Origin: Candidatus Hydrogenedentota bacterium
Lineage (GTDB): Bacteria; Hydrogenedentota; Hydrogenedentia; Hydrogenedentales; GCA-2746185
Length of the DNA: 24,854 bases
NCBI GenBank assembly: GCA_046583315.1
Contig: JAYGCN010000010.1
Coordinates: 1-24,854 of the forward strand
Direction of reading: 5' to 3'
Part shown: one piece after another, positions 8,397 through 17,105 of the stretch
How positions within the stretch are numbered: the stretch's first letter is position 1
How the letters are laid out: the number at the start of each line of letters is the position of its first letter
The notes under the pieces: model-generated
The model's input: the letters and a program-made list of their open reading frames with translations, nothing else
Databases searched by the model: none
Told to the model about the DNA's origin: nothing
Program-made: the position numbers and the translations under genes

Positions 8397-11300
8397 CTAT
8401 AGGTTCAATATGGGGACCCCGAGGGCCTCTGCGGCGCGCACTACGTCGTCTCGGCTGGTGAAAAGAAGCACTTGACCCGATTTTCCAACTTCGGTCATGA
8501 GTTTCATGGCACTTTTCAGCCGCGCATCATCGTAGTGCACGAAGGGATCGTCGAGCACCATCGGGATGCGCTCGGAATTTTCGCTTATGGTCTGGATCAT
8601 GGCGAGTCGAAGCGACAAATAGAGCTGATCAACGGTGCCTTTGCTGAGCATGCGTTCCGGGTCGGGATTGAGTTTCTGAGTCTGGGGGATGCGAATGCTG
8701 ATTTGCATACCCTCTCCTATCAGCAACTCGGTGTACGCGCCATCGGTGATCGTATTGAGGTGTTTGCTGGCAAGTTCGGCTAAACGGGGAGCGACTTGCG
8801 AGTAGCGTTTTCGGGTGACGTCTTCGAGTGCCTGGACCGCGTGGCGCGATGCCTGAAATTCGAGTTCCAATTGGGCAAGACGATTCACGGTTGCGTCGCG
8901 CTCTTCGTCAACCTCATTCACTGAACGTAAACCGGACGCGCGCTCGGTCATCAAAATCTGAAGACTGTGCGCGCGCTTTCGTTTGGATTCCAGCAGCTCC
9001 TGATTGGAATCCAGATCGCTTTGCAATGCGATGGTGGAACGAGCGATGCGGTCGTCGTTGGCATCAAGAGAACCGGCTTTGTCTTTGAGCGATTCCAGGG
9101 TTTCATCACCGAGTACTACAGCCAACTGCTGGTCGAGATGTTCGCGCTGCTCCCTAATTTTCAGATGGTCTTCGGCCTGTTCGAGGCGTTCGAGGAACTC
9201 CTCCATGGAGTCGGCCCCGGCCCTGACGAAATGTTCGTTCAATTCGTCTTGTAGCAGATCGCGCGCCTGTTGTTCGTGCTCGGCTTGTTGTCGGAGCATT
9301 CTCAGTTGCCCCTGAACGACATCCACCTCGCCTTGACCGTGTCGGGTCTGTGCGCTGCGAATGCGGTAAGCCCGTAATGCCTTGAGCACGCTTTCGTGTT
9401 GGGCCTCTTCGGGATAGTGGTTGTCGCGCATAAATTGACGAACTTCCAGGGCGAGATCGCGCTCGATCACTTTGATTGATTCCTGCCGTTCTTGCAGTTC
9501 TTCAAGCTCTTGGATGTATCGATTTAGAGAATCCCGGGTTTCGATGCCGCGTCGCCTGGTGTCGCGGTATTCGTGGTAGCGTCCGATGGCTGTCAAGGCC
9601 AGGGAAGCGGCCTCCTTTTCGCCGCCCAACTCTTCGCCAATCTCCGAAAACATGGCTGCGAGATCGCCGTAGAGCTCCTGAGCGTGTGTCTTGGACTCGG
9701 CGTGGCGTGCGCTCTCATATTCAAGATGCTCCTGAATGCGATCACGTTCTTTGCGGTTCTCGGCAAATTTTTCGTAGTACGCTTCAATTTCTCGGAGTGA
9801 CTCGCAGTGCGTGGCTTCGCGTATGGCATCGAAGGTTTCCGCGTCGGTTTTGATGGCGAGTTCATAGCGTTCAATGTCCGACTCGATTGTGGTGAGCTTA
9901 TAAATATCGCGGTCAATTCGGCGACGTTCATAAAGAGTCATGGCTCCAGAATAGAGGAGAAGCAGAACCACAAAGCCGGCTGGATAATACAAGGATTGGT
10001 TTTGTGTGATCTGGGTGAATACGAGAAACACGGTGAGGCCAATGGCTAACGCGAGCGTATAGAGATACAGACCCGGGATACGCACCTCGCGATCTTCGAT
10101 CACGTGTTTGAGTTCTGTCGCATCCTGGCGCAAATCGCTTAGCATGTCTTCGTTTTCTATGGTCTTCAAATCGTGGTCACGCAGCACCTCGCCGAATTGA
10201 TGGTCGTCGCCAAACAAGGCCTCGTCAGCGCGCAACTGCTCATTTCGCTGTTCCAGCATCTGGGCAATGTGCAGGCGCTGGGCCAGTTCCTCATCCCGTA
10301 CGCGGCAGGCGGCCTCAAATGTGGCGGATGACTGCGATATGCGTTCCATCGGGTCAGGCGCGAATTGACCGAAATCGGGTAAGGTTTTCAACTTGGTCTG
10401 GGTATTCATGTAGGCACCCTGACAGCGTGCGTTCAATTCCTTCGTCTCTTCGATTCGATAGCTCAACCCGAAGAGTTCGGCCTCAAGCTCGGTTAGACGA
10501 GTCTCGTACTCAGGGTCGGCTTCTTTCATCACTTCGACGCCTTCGGAAGCCAGCCGTTCAAAGGCTTCTTCGAGCTGAACCTCGACCTTTTCGATTGATG
10601 TCCCGCTTCGCTCGATCTGATCCCTCGTGGCATCCAGCCGTGCTTCAAGCTGGGTGACCAGATTTCGCGAGTCGACCGGAAATTCGCGGTGAGAGCTGTA
10701 ATCGGCACTCTCCCGCGTACAGGCATCCAACTCATCGGCAATGGCCAGTGCCCTGCGGTAGGTCTGTTTATGTTCGAATTCGCGGCTGGAGTGGAGTTCG
10801 GACTCCAAGGCGTTGCGCTGGTTGAGCAGATTCCCGATTTCTTCGATGACCTCACCATGCTGCTTTTCGATCACCATGACTTCTTGACGCGCGTCGTAGA
10901 CTTGCTGGTGTTCGTGTTGCAATTCGAGCAATCGGCTGCGCGTCATGGGCAAGGGTTTGGTACGTGAGGTCTTCTGACCGATGGACTCCATGCGTGTGGT
11001 GAGCCAACGAATGGCCAGCTCGGCGGAGCCCGATTCGTCACCGGAGTCGGCTAAGGACAGAAGCCGCTCGCGAATTCGGACGAGGGCTTCCTTATCGCCG
11101 AGTCCACTCAACGAGAGATGGGATATGGTTGCCGTCCCTACAAACACGGCCTTGGTCATATTCAGATGTACTTCGGCAAATGTAGACTCCCCGTTTCGCA
11201 GGATGGGAAACTCTGCGGTGATGTCTTGCCCCTGAGTCCGGTTGTAGACGGTTAGCGACTCTTGTTGCGGAACGAAGTTGCGATGAATTTCGATTTCGTC

Positions 11301-11558
11301 GTCGTTGTCCAATCGATAAATCAGCCGCCCTCGATATTCCTCGGTGCCAACCCAAGGCACCCGCAACTCGTTGGATTCTTCATAATTACGTCGAATGGTG
11401 TTTGTTTTCTGCCCATACAACATATCGCTGATGTAGTTGCGCAAGGTCGATTTGCCGTGCTCATTGGGTCCTGCAATGAGTTGCAGGCCCGGCCCGAATT
11501 CGAGTCCTTGATCAACGAATCGACCGTAACCATCGATATGTAATTTCGTGAATCGCAT
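8397..11558 (-). CDS. YhaN/AAA_27-family SMC/Rad50-like ATPase with two central transmembrane helices
   Basis: N-terminal LHIDGYGRF and Walker A GPNEHGKST, long coiled coils, signature LSKGTVDQLYLSLRLA, Walker B PMVLDDPFVHYD and QVLLFT. Hydrophobic hairpin at residues ~494-543. Confidence 0.9.
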   Translation of the reverse strand: MRFTKLHIDGYGRFVDQGLEFGPGLQLIAGPNEHGKSTLRNYISDMLYGQKTNTIRRNYEESNELRVPWVGTEEYRGRLIYRLDNDDEIEIHRNFVPQQESLTVYNRTQGQDITAEFPILRNGESTFAEVHLNMTKAVFVGTATISHLSLSGLGDKEALVRIRERLLSLADSGDESGSAELAIRWLTTRMESIGQKTSRTKPLPMTRSRLLELQHEHQQVYDARQEVMVIEKQHGEVIEEIGNLLNQRNALESELHSSREFEHKQTYRRALAIADELDACTRESADYSSHREFPVDSRNLVTQLEARLDATRDQIERSGTSIEKVEVQLEEAFERLASEGVEVMKEADPEYETRLTELEAELFGLSYRIEETKELNARCQGAYMNTQTKLKTLPDFGQFAPDPMERISQSSATFEAACRVRDEELAQRLHIAQMLEQRNEQLRADEALFGDDHQFGEVLRDHDLKTIENEDMLSDLRQDATELKHVIEDREVRIPGLYLYTLALAIGLTVFLVFTQITQNQSLYYPAGFVVLLLLYSGAMTLYERRRIDRDIYKLTTIESDIERYELAIKTDAETFDAIREATHCESLREIEAYYEKFAENRKERDRIQEHLEYESARHAESKTHAQELYGDLAAMFSEIGEELGGEKEAASLALTAIGRYHEYRDTRRRGIETRDSLNRYIQELEELQERQESIKVIERDLALEVRQFMRDNHYPEEAQHESVLKALRAYRIRSAQTRHGQGEVDVVQGQLRMLRQQAEHEQQARDLLQDELNEHFVRAGADSMEEFLERLEQAEDHLKIREQREHLDQQLAVVLGDETLESLKDKAGSLDANDDRIARSTIALQSDLDSNQELLESKRKRAHSLQILMTERASGLRSVNEVDEERDATVNRLAQLELEFQASRHAVQALEDVTRKRYSQVAPRLAELASKHLNTITDGAYTELLIGEGMQISIRIPQTQKLNPDPERMLSKGTVDQLYLSLRLAMIQTISENSERIPMVLDDPFVHYDDARLKSAMKLMTEVGKSGQVLLFTSRDDVVRAAEALGVPILNL

Positions 11559-11567
11559 GCAGACGGC

Positions 11568-12728
11568 TTAGCCTCGCTCCAATCCTTTGATTTCGACGTT
11601 GCGATCGCGAAATGCGGCGATCCCCAGTTCCCGGGCACGCTCCAGCATTTCCCTGCGCGCTCCGTCGCCGGCAGCGTCTATCTTTGCGTTGAGTACGCGG
11701 GAGTACAATCCGAGGCTGGTATCTTCGCGTGCCAGTTCGGCGTAATCTTCGCAGGGGTTGGTACCGTCGATTACTTCAAGATACTCAAAATCGAGAGAAG
11801 CGGAATCGTGTATCAGGCCAATTTCACTTTGAATGTCCGGCTCGCATACACCAGTCAACGTGAATCGCCCAATCACCTGTACTTCGTATCCCTGGGCGAT
11901 TGTTCGAATGGCACCAGTGACCTCTTCGGATGTTTTGAACGTGTCACACGGTAGCTCCTCGTCAATGTATATTACGCGCGACACGGGTACGGGATTGACC
12001 ACGACCGGCGCGTCGCCAGATTGGATCTCAATTTCGACAAAATGGTGCATACCGATTTCCTGGAAACTCACGCCCTCAGGCGAGCCCGAATAGAACACGC
12101 GCGTATCGAAATCCCCTTTGAGCTCCCGGCCGGCGTGGTAATGACCCAAGGCGAGATAATGCAAACTGGGTGTGACCGCCTGCTGTACCGAAAATGGTGC
12201 GTATTCTTCTTTATCGGCAGGTCGATGGGCCGTTTCCGATCCGTGAGCGACGGCCAGATGGATTGCATCGCGTTGTTTTTCGGGAATTGCCAATTGACCA
12301 AAGGGGTTCTCGGTAAAATACGGGGAATTGTAGCCGAAACCGTGGACGTATGCGGCGCCCCCATGCACTGAAGCGGATTCCCATGTCGATTTTTTGAATA
12401 CGTGGACGTTTTCCGGCCAAGATTCAGTCGCGTAAGGCGAATCGGGAATGTAGGGGTCATGATTCCCCGGCGCAATAAAAATCAGGGTGTTGGGAATCGA
12501 TTTGAATTCATTGCGAATAAAGGCAATCGTGTCGGAGGTGACGCGATCGTACTCAAAGAGATCTCCGGCAATGAGCAGGATGTCCGCTGGCCATTCCCGC
12601 GCACGGCTGATGATCGTTTGAAACACGTCGCGCAGACTCTGACGTCGTCGATTCCCGAAATGGACGGACTGACTGGAACCGACGAAACAGCGATCAAGAT
12701 GAACATCTGATGTATGTATAATTTTCAT
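11568..12728 (-). CDS. Mre11/SbcD-like DNA repair exonuclease (YhaO family)
   Basis: Phosphoesterase motifs HTSDVHLD, AGDLFE, PGNHD, AHG, YLALGHYH and YSGSPEG. Ends 9 bp before the YhaN-like ATPase start. Confidence 0.93.
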   Translation of the reverse strand: MKIIHTSDVHLDRCFVGSSQSVHFGNRRRQSLRDVFQTIISRAREWPADILLIAGDLFEYDRVTSDTIAFIRNEFKSIPNTLIFIAPGNHDPYIPDSPYATESWPENVHVFKKSTWESASVHGGAAYVHGFGYNSPYFTENPFGQLAIPEKQRDAIHLAVAHGSETAHRPADKEEYAPFSVQQAVTPSLHYLALGHYHAGRELKGDFDTRVFYSGSPEGVSFQEIGMHHFVEIEIQSGDAPVVVNPVPVSRVIYIDEELPCDTFKTSEEVTGAIRTIAQGYEVQVIGRFTLTGVCEPDIQSEIGLIHDSASLDFEYLEVIDGTNPCEDYAELAREDTSLGLYSRVLNAKIDAAGDGARREMLERARELGIAAFRDRNVEIKGLERG

Positions 12729-12857
12729 GCGAATCGTTTCGGTTTACGCGATCATTGTTCAAAGAGCGTTCATCTTACCCGAACAAGCGGGTCGGTTTGA
12801 AGCCCCTGTGAACCGATTGAACGCCCCTACCCATTTTTCCCCGCATCGTTCGCGCCG

Positions 12858-13055
12858 TTACGCAATCAGCGCATCCGCTTTGTACACGACCGTATAAATC
12901 AGATCGCCGGATCCCGCCCGACTCTCGTGCTCATGGCTCAGTGCGGTCTGAACAGACACGACCTGAACCTTCGATTCGAGTATCCACGAATTAACTGCCT
13001 CGTCAAGCAAACTCACTTTGTCTTCATAACCCTTGAACGTCTTCACAAATATCAT
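12858..13055 (-). CDS. Small 65-aa protein, loosely resembling the Cse60/DUF2758 pattern
   Basis: Strong SD GGAGG upstream of the ATG, 21 bp after the dprA stop. Pattern VKTF...LDEAVNSWI...VVSVQ...IYTVVY. The family resemblance is by eye only. Confidence 0.75.
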   Translation of the reverse strand: MIFVKTFKGYEDKVSLLDEAVNSWILESKVQVVSVQTALSHEHESRAGSGDLIYTVVYKADALIA

Positions 13056-13076
13056 TGCAGCATTCCTCCAAGTCAG

Positions 13077-14033
13077 TCAGAACAAGTCTACCTGCCCCGG
13101 CTCCGCGTGTCCACCTTGTACCCAGTGATTCTCCAGATACCCATCGTCCCAATCGCCTGTTTCGTTCAGAACAGGATACGCGCCTTCCCGTATCAAGTCC
13201 GTGTAGCCGCTATTGAGCTTATCGTAGGCATAAACCAGCGTGCGACGGGCATATTCAATGCCATGACCGCCGGTACGACGCGACCCTCCGGTCTGTCCGG
13301 GATCGAGTACACCAATCAACCGCGCGAAAGCGGCGATGGTCCTGTTTCGGGCCAATGCCGCAGAAGTTGTCCACTCGGCATCGGGGATGGATTGACTCAC
13401 GACTGCAGCGTGTCCGGAATCGATATACTTTTGCAGCCACCGCGGCCCCTTGTAGGTCAGAATTCCTTGCGGCAGGATAAATACGGAGCGTCCTCCGGCT
13501 TTCAACACGGCTTCATGCGCGGTCAGGTCAATTCCGGGGGCACCTCCGCTGATCACGGGCGTATTCCTTGCCGCACACCACTGCGCGAGTTCTCCGGCGA
13601 GCAGCAGACCTCGCTTGGAAGGGTCGCGTGAGCCAACGATCGCGATGCCGGGTTCGGCAAGCAATTGGGAATCACCATGGACTGTCAGGAGTGGCGGTGC
13701 CTGATATTCCATGGCCTGGCGAATGGGTTCGGGATAATCGGAATCGCGATAGGCGATCCATTGAGCCCCAGTTTTGTGAACCCGGTTGTACAAGAATTTC
13801 GCACGTTCGACCGTAGCGGTCTCGCAATGAGACAGCGGCTCGAAGGTCCATTCCAACCCGGTGGACAATCCCTTTTGCAGCACGGCCTGAGATTGACCGA
13901 TGACTGCACGCAACGGTGTTTTCGCTTCTTTTAATGCTGCGGCGATACGGTTCAAGGTGACCACGCCCACGCCGGGCGTCATCAGCATCGCCAGAATACA
14001 GGCGGACTCCGGTATTTCGGCATGATCGCTCAT
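13077..14033 (-). CDS. dprA: DprA/Smf-like DNA-processing protein (SLOG/Rossmann fold)
   Basis: N-terminal TPGVG, then DSDYP...PPLLTVHG...IAIVGSR, VISGGAPGIDLTAH, ARNRTIA and GGS. No C-terminal winged-helix domain apparent. Confidence 0.88.
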   Translation of the reverse strand: MSDHAEIPESACILAMLMTPGVGVVTLNRIAAALKEAKTPLRAVIGQSQAVLQKGLSTGLEWTFEPLSHCETATVERAKFLYNRVHKTGAQWIAYRDSDYPEPIRQAMEYQAPPLLTVHGDSQLLAEPGIAIVGSRDPSKRGLLLAGELAQWCAARNTPVISGGAPGIDLTAHEAVLKAGGRSVFILPQGILTYKGPRWLQKYIDSGHAAVVSQSIPDAEWTTSAALARNRTIAAFARLIGVLDPGQTGGSRRTGGHGIEYARRTLVYAYDKLNSGYTDLIREGAYPVLNETGDWDDGYLENHWVQGGHAEPGQVDLF

Positions 14034-14039
14034 CGTCCC

Positions 14040-14061
14040 ATTCTACTCAGCGGGTGCTGAG
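14040..14061 (-). promoter_or_regulatory. Putative -10 box for a leaderless dprA transcript with an adjacent inverted repeat
   Basis: TAGAAT (14045-14040) lies 6 nt before the ATG (14033) and there is no clear SD. CTCAGC-N4-GCTGAG at 14046-14061. Confidence 0.45.
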
Positions 14062-14084
14062 AATTCGAGGGGATTGATGACTGG

Positions 14085-15872
14085 TTACAGCGTGTCTGCA
14101 AGCGATTTCGGAACCATTATCGGGATATCCAGCAGAATCTGCGCGTAGGCCTTGGCCTGGGGATCGTTTCGAAGGCTGGCAATTCCGCCGCCACCGAGTG
14201 ATTCCCTCATTAGAAAGTTCACACCGTAGATTCCGGGCAGGTCGTAGCGTGTCACGTCGCCGTCCATCAGATAGTCGAAATATTCCTGCACGCGCTCTGC
14301 GGTCAGCTCCCGACGGATGATGGAATAGTACTCCGGCTCGCGCGCCAGGATGCCGATGTTGGAGTCGTTACCTTTGTCTCCGCTACGGCCGTGGGCGATT
14401 TTGATGAGTGGTATTTCGACCGTTTCTTCGTCGGATTGTTCGACAGGTTCGATCACGGGCCGCGCGATGGTCATCGGGCTAAAGGCTTCACCATCGACGA
14501 ATGGCACTTCCCATGATTCGTCGCCGAAATGCACCTGCGCGGGATGATCGGATTTTTTCACGAGCATTGAGAACAGACGAACGACGGGCGACGGTTTGGC
14601 CCGGTTTCCACCCATGCCACCCGTTCCGGGTGACATAGAAGTCGCGGAGGAGGTTAACTCACGCAGCAACAGTCCCAATGCTTCCGGGCTCGGGTGTTTC
14701 GCGGCGAGTTTCAAGATAACTTCGCGCGGCGCGTTTATCCGTGCGTGGGGTCCGTATCCCGCCTCCGCACCGATAATCTCGACACTGGTCTCCGTCAGGG
14801 CGGGTACTTTCATTTCTTCGAGCATCGTGCCGACACGTTTGATTACGGCATCGGCGGTTTTTTGTGCTTTGCGTGACGCATCGATTCCGCGGATAGACAG
14901 ATACATCCCTACTCTGAATCCTTCTTTCCATGTTGCGGAAACTTTTAGCGTATCCGTGGGCTTTGTACCGCGCACTCCAGATACCCGCGCAACATCCTTT
15001 TCGACATCTTCAATTTCGACTTCGGAAAAATCACAGACGACATCCGGCAGAATGTAAGCCTGAGGATCGCCGATTTCGTAGATCAATTGTTCAGCGACAG
15101 TCATGGGGCTCACCAGTCCGCCGGTCCCGTCGGGCTTGAACACGGTGAACGAGCCATCTTCCGAAACGCCTGCGATGGGATAACCGATGTCTTCCCAGCG
15201 GCCCGTTGTGTCCCAGTCGGTAAACAGTCCACCTGATGCCTGTGCGCCGCATTCAATGATGTGCCCGGCGAGGCATCCGCCTGCGAGTTGGTCGTAATCT
15301 TCGGCCGTCCAGCCAAATTCGTGAATACACGCGCCGAGTGTCACGGCACTATCCACGCAGCGTCCCGTGATAACGATGTCCGCGCCTTTGGCCAGCGCTT
15401 CCGCGACGGGGAATCCACCGAGATAGGCATTGACGCTCAGGAATTGCTCCGGCATTTCTTCGCCGGTGAACATCTCAATCGTATCCGCGGCACGCAAGGC
15501 CTCTACTTCGTCCAGAATGTCGTCACCCGTGATGGTTGCGACCTTGAGATCAAGTCCGAGTTCAGCGATGACCGCTTCCAATGCCTTGCCGCACGCGACG
15601 GGATTCACGCCGCCCGCATTGGAGATGACTTTGATGCCTTGACGCGCGATTTCGGGCAGGGCGTTTTTCATGACGACTGACACGAAATCGAGCGCATAAC
15701 CGGTCTCGGGATTTTTCACGCGGGCACGGGCCAGAATCGACATCGTAATTTCGGCGAGGTAATCGAAAACCAGGTAGTCGAGTTTTTCGGATGCCAACAG
15801 TTGTGGCACGGGCATATTGGAATCGCCCCAGAATCCTGACGCGCCGCCAATATTGATTACTTTGGAACTCAT
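14085..15872 (-). CDS. atuA: Acyclic terpene utilization AtuA-family protein (DUF1446)
   Basis: IGGASGFWGDS, DYLVFDYLAEITMSILAR, NAGGVNP, GRCVDSA, AGHIIECGAQASGG, YEIGDP, GRSGDKG and LGGGGIASLRNDPQAK. Confidence 0.95.
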   Translation of the reverse strand: MSSKVINIGGASGFWGDSNMPVPQLLASEKLDYLVFDYLAEITMSILARARVKNPETGYALDFVSVVMKNALPEIARQGIKVISNAGGVNPVACGKALEAVIAELGLDLKVATITGDDILDEVEALRAADTIEMFTGEEMPEQFLSVNAYLGGFPVAEALAKGADIVITGRCVDSAVTLGACIHEFGWTAEDYDQLAGGCLAGHIIECGAQASGGLFTDWDTTGRWEDIGYPIAGVSEDGSFTVFKPDGTGGLVSPMTVAEQLIYEIGDPQAYILPDVVCDFSEVEIEDVEKDVARVSGVRGTKPTDTLKVSATWKEGFRVGMYLSIRGIDASRKAQKTADAVIKRVGTMLEEMKVPALTETSVEIIGAEAGYGPHARINAPREVILKLAAKHPSPEALGLLLRELTSSATSMSPGTGGMGGNRAKPSPVVRLFSMLVKKSDHPAQVHFGDESWEVPFVDGEAFSPMTIARPVIEPVEQSDEETVEIPLIKIAHGRSGDKGNDSNIGILAREPEYYSIIRRELTAERVQEYFDYLMDGDVTRYDLPGIYGVNFLMRESLGGGGIASLRNDPQAKAYAQILLDIPIMVPKSLADTL

Positions 15873-15896
15873 ACGGTTGCCTTTCCGGTCGGCGGT

Positions 15897-17075
15897 TTAG
15901 CCTTTGCGTTTCCTCGGACTGATACCCATGTATTTGGCAATGATGCCGAGCATCACTTCGTCCGCGCCGCCGCCTATTGAAGCGAGACGTCCGTCGCGGT
16001 AGCTGCGTGAGATGAGTGTCTCGTCCATGAACCCCATGCCGCCCCAATATTGCAGGCAGGAATCATTGACCTCACGGCCCAGACGTCCAGCCTTGAGTTT
16101 GGCCATGGACGCGAGCTTGGTGCAATCTTCACCATTGATGTGCATCTCAACCGCTTTCCAGGTCAAGGCGCGCAAGCATTCAACTTCGGTCATGAGTTCC
16201 GCCATGCGAAAGTGCACGACTTGATTGTCAATGAGCGGCTGGCCAAAGACTTCGCGTTGGCTTGTGTAGGCAATGGTTTCTTCGATGGTGCGCGTCAGGC
16301 TGGTCAGTGAAGACAGCGCGGAGTACATGCGCTCTTCCTGAAATTGCATCATCTGGTAGGTGAATCCCTGGCCTTCTTCGCCGACGATGTTTTTGGCGGG
16401 TACCCGCACATCTTCGAAGTGCAGCTCGGCGGTGTCGGAACACCACATGCCCATCTTCTTGAGCTTGCGTTCTACAGTCACGCCGGGATAGGGTTTGCCA
16501 TCTTCTTTTAGCGGTACGCAGATAATCGTTTTGTTACGATGTTTGTTGTCGTCGTTGTCCGTATTGACCAGCAGGCAGATCCAGTCGCCCTGGGTGCCGT
16601 TTGTGATCCACATTTTGCCGCCGTTGATGACATAATCATCGCCATCACGCGCCGCGCGGGTTTTAATCATTGCCACGTCGGATCCGGCACTCACTTCGGA
16701 GACACCGATGCACGCCACGTAGTCGCCGGCGATACTGGGGCGCAGAAAATTTTCTTTCACGTAGTCCGAGCCGAATCGCGCGAGCGCGGGTGTGGCCATA
16801 TCGGTCTGTACGCCGATCGCCATGGGTACGCCGCCGCAGTTGCACCAACCCAGCGCCTCGTCCATCACGGCTTGATAGGAATAATCGAGTCCCATGCCGC
16901 CATATTCTTCGGGCTTCGTGATGCCGAGCAATCCGAGGTCGCCCAATTTTTTGAATACTTCGTGGGCCGGAAAAATCGTATCTTCTTCCCACTGCTCCAC
17001 GTAGGGATTAATTTCGTTTTCGACGAACTTCTTCACCATCGTCCGAATTTGTTCGTGCTGTTCTGTCAACTGCAT
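15897..17075 (-). CDS. Acyl-CoA dehydrogenase, AtuD (citronellyl-CoA dehydrogenase)-like
   Basis: GVSEVSAGSD, NGGKMWITNG, SDTAELHFEDVRVP, CLQYWGGMGF and IGGGADEVML. SD AAGGAG; ends 24 bp before atuA. Confidence 0.92.
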   Translation of the reverse strand: MQLTEQHEQIRTMVKKFVENEINPYVEQWEEDTIFPAHEVFKKLGDLGLLGITKPEEYGGMGLDYSYQAVMDEALGWCNCGGVPMAIGVQTDMATPALARFGSDYVKENFLRPSIAGDYVACIGVSEVSAGSDVAMIKTRAARDGDDYVINGGKMWITNGTQGDWICLLVNTDNDDNKHRNKTIICVPLKEDGKPYPGVTVERKLKKMGMWCSDTAELHFEDVRVPAKNIVGEEGQGFTYQMMQFQEERMYSALSSLTSLTRTIEETIAYTSQREVFGQPLIDNQVVHFRMAELMTEVECLRALTWKAVEMHINGEDCTKLASMAKLKAGRLGREVNDSCLQYWGGMGFMDETLISRSYRDGRLASIGGGADEVMLGIIAKYMGISPRKRKG

Positions 17076-17105
17076 GTACTGCTCTCCTTTGGATGGATAG
17101 GATTC

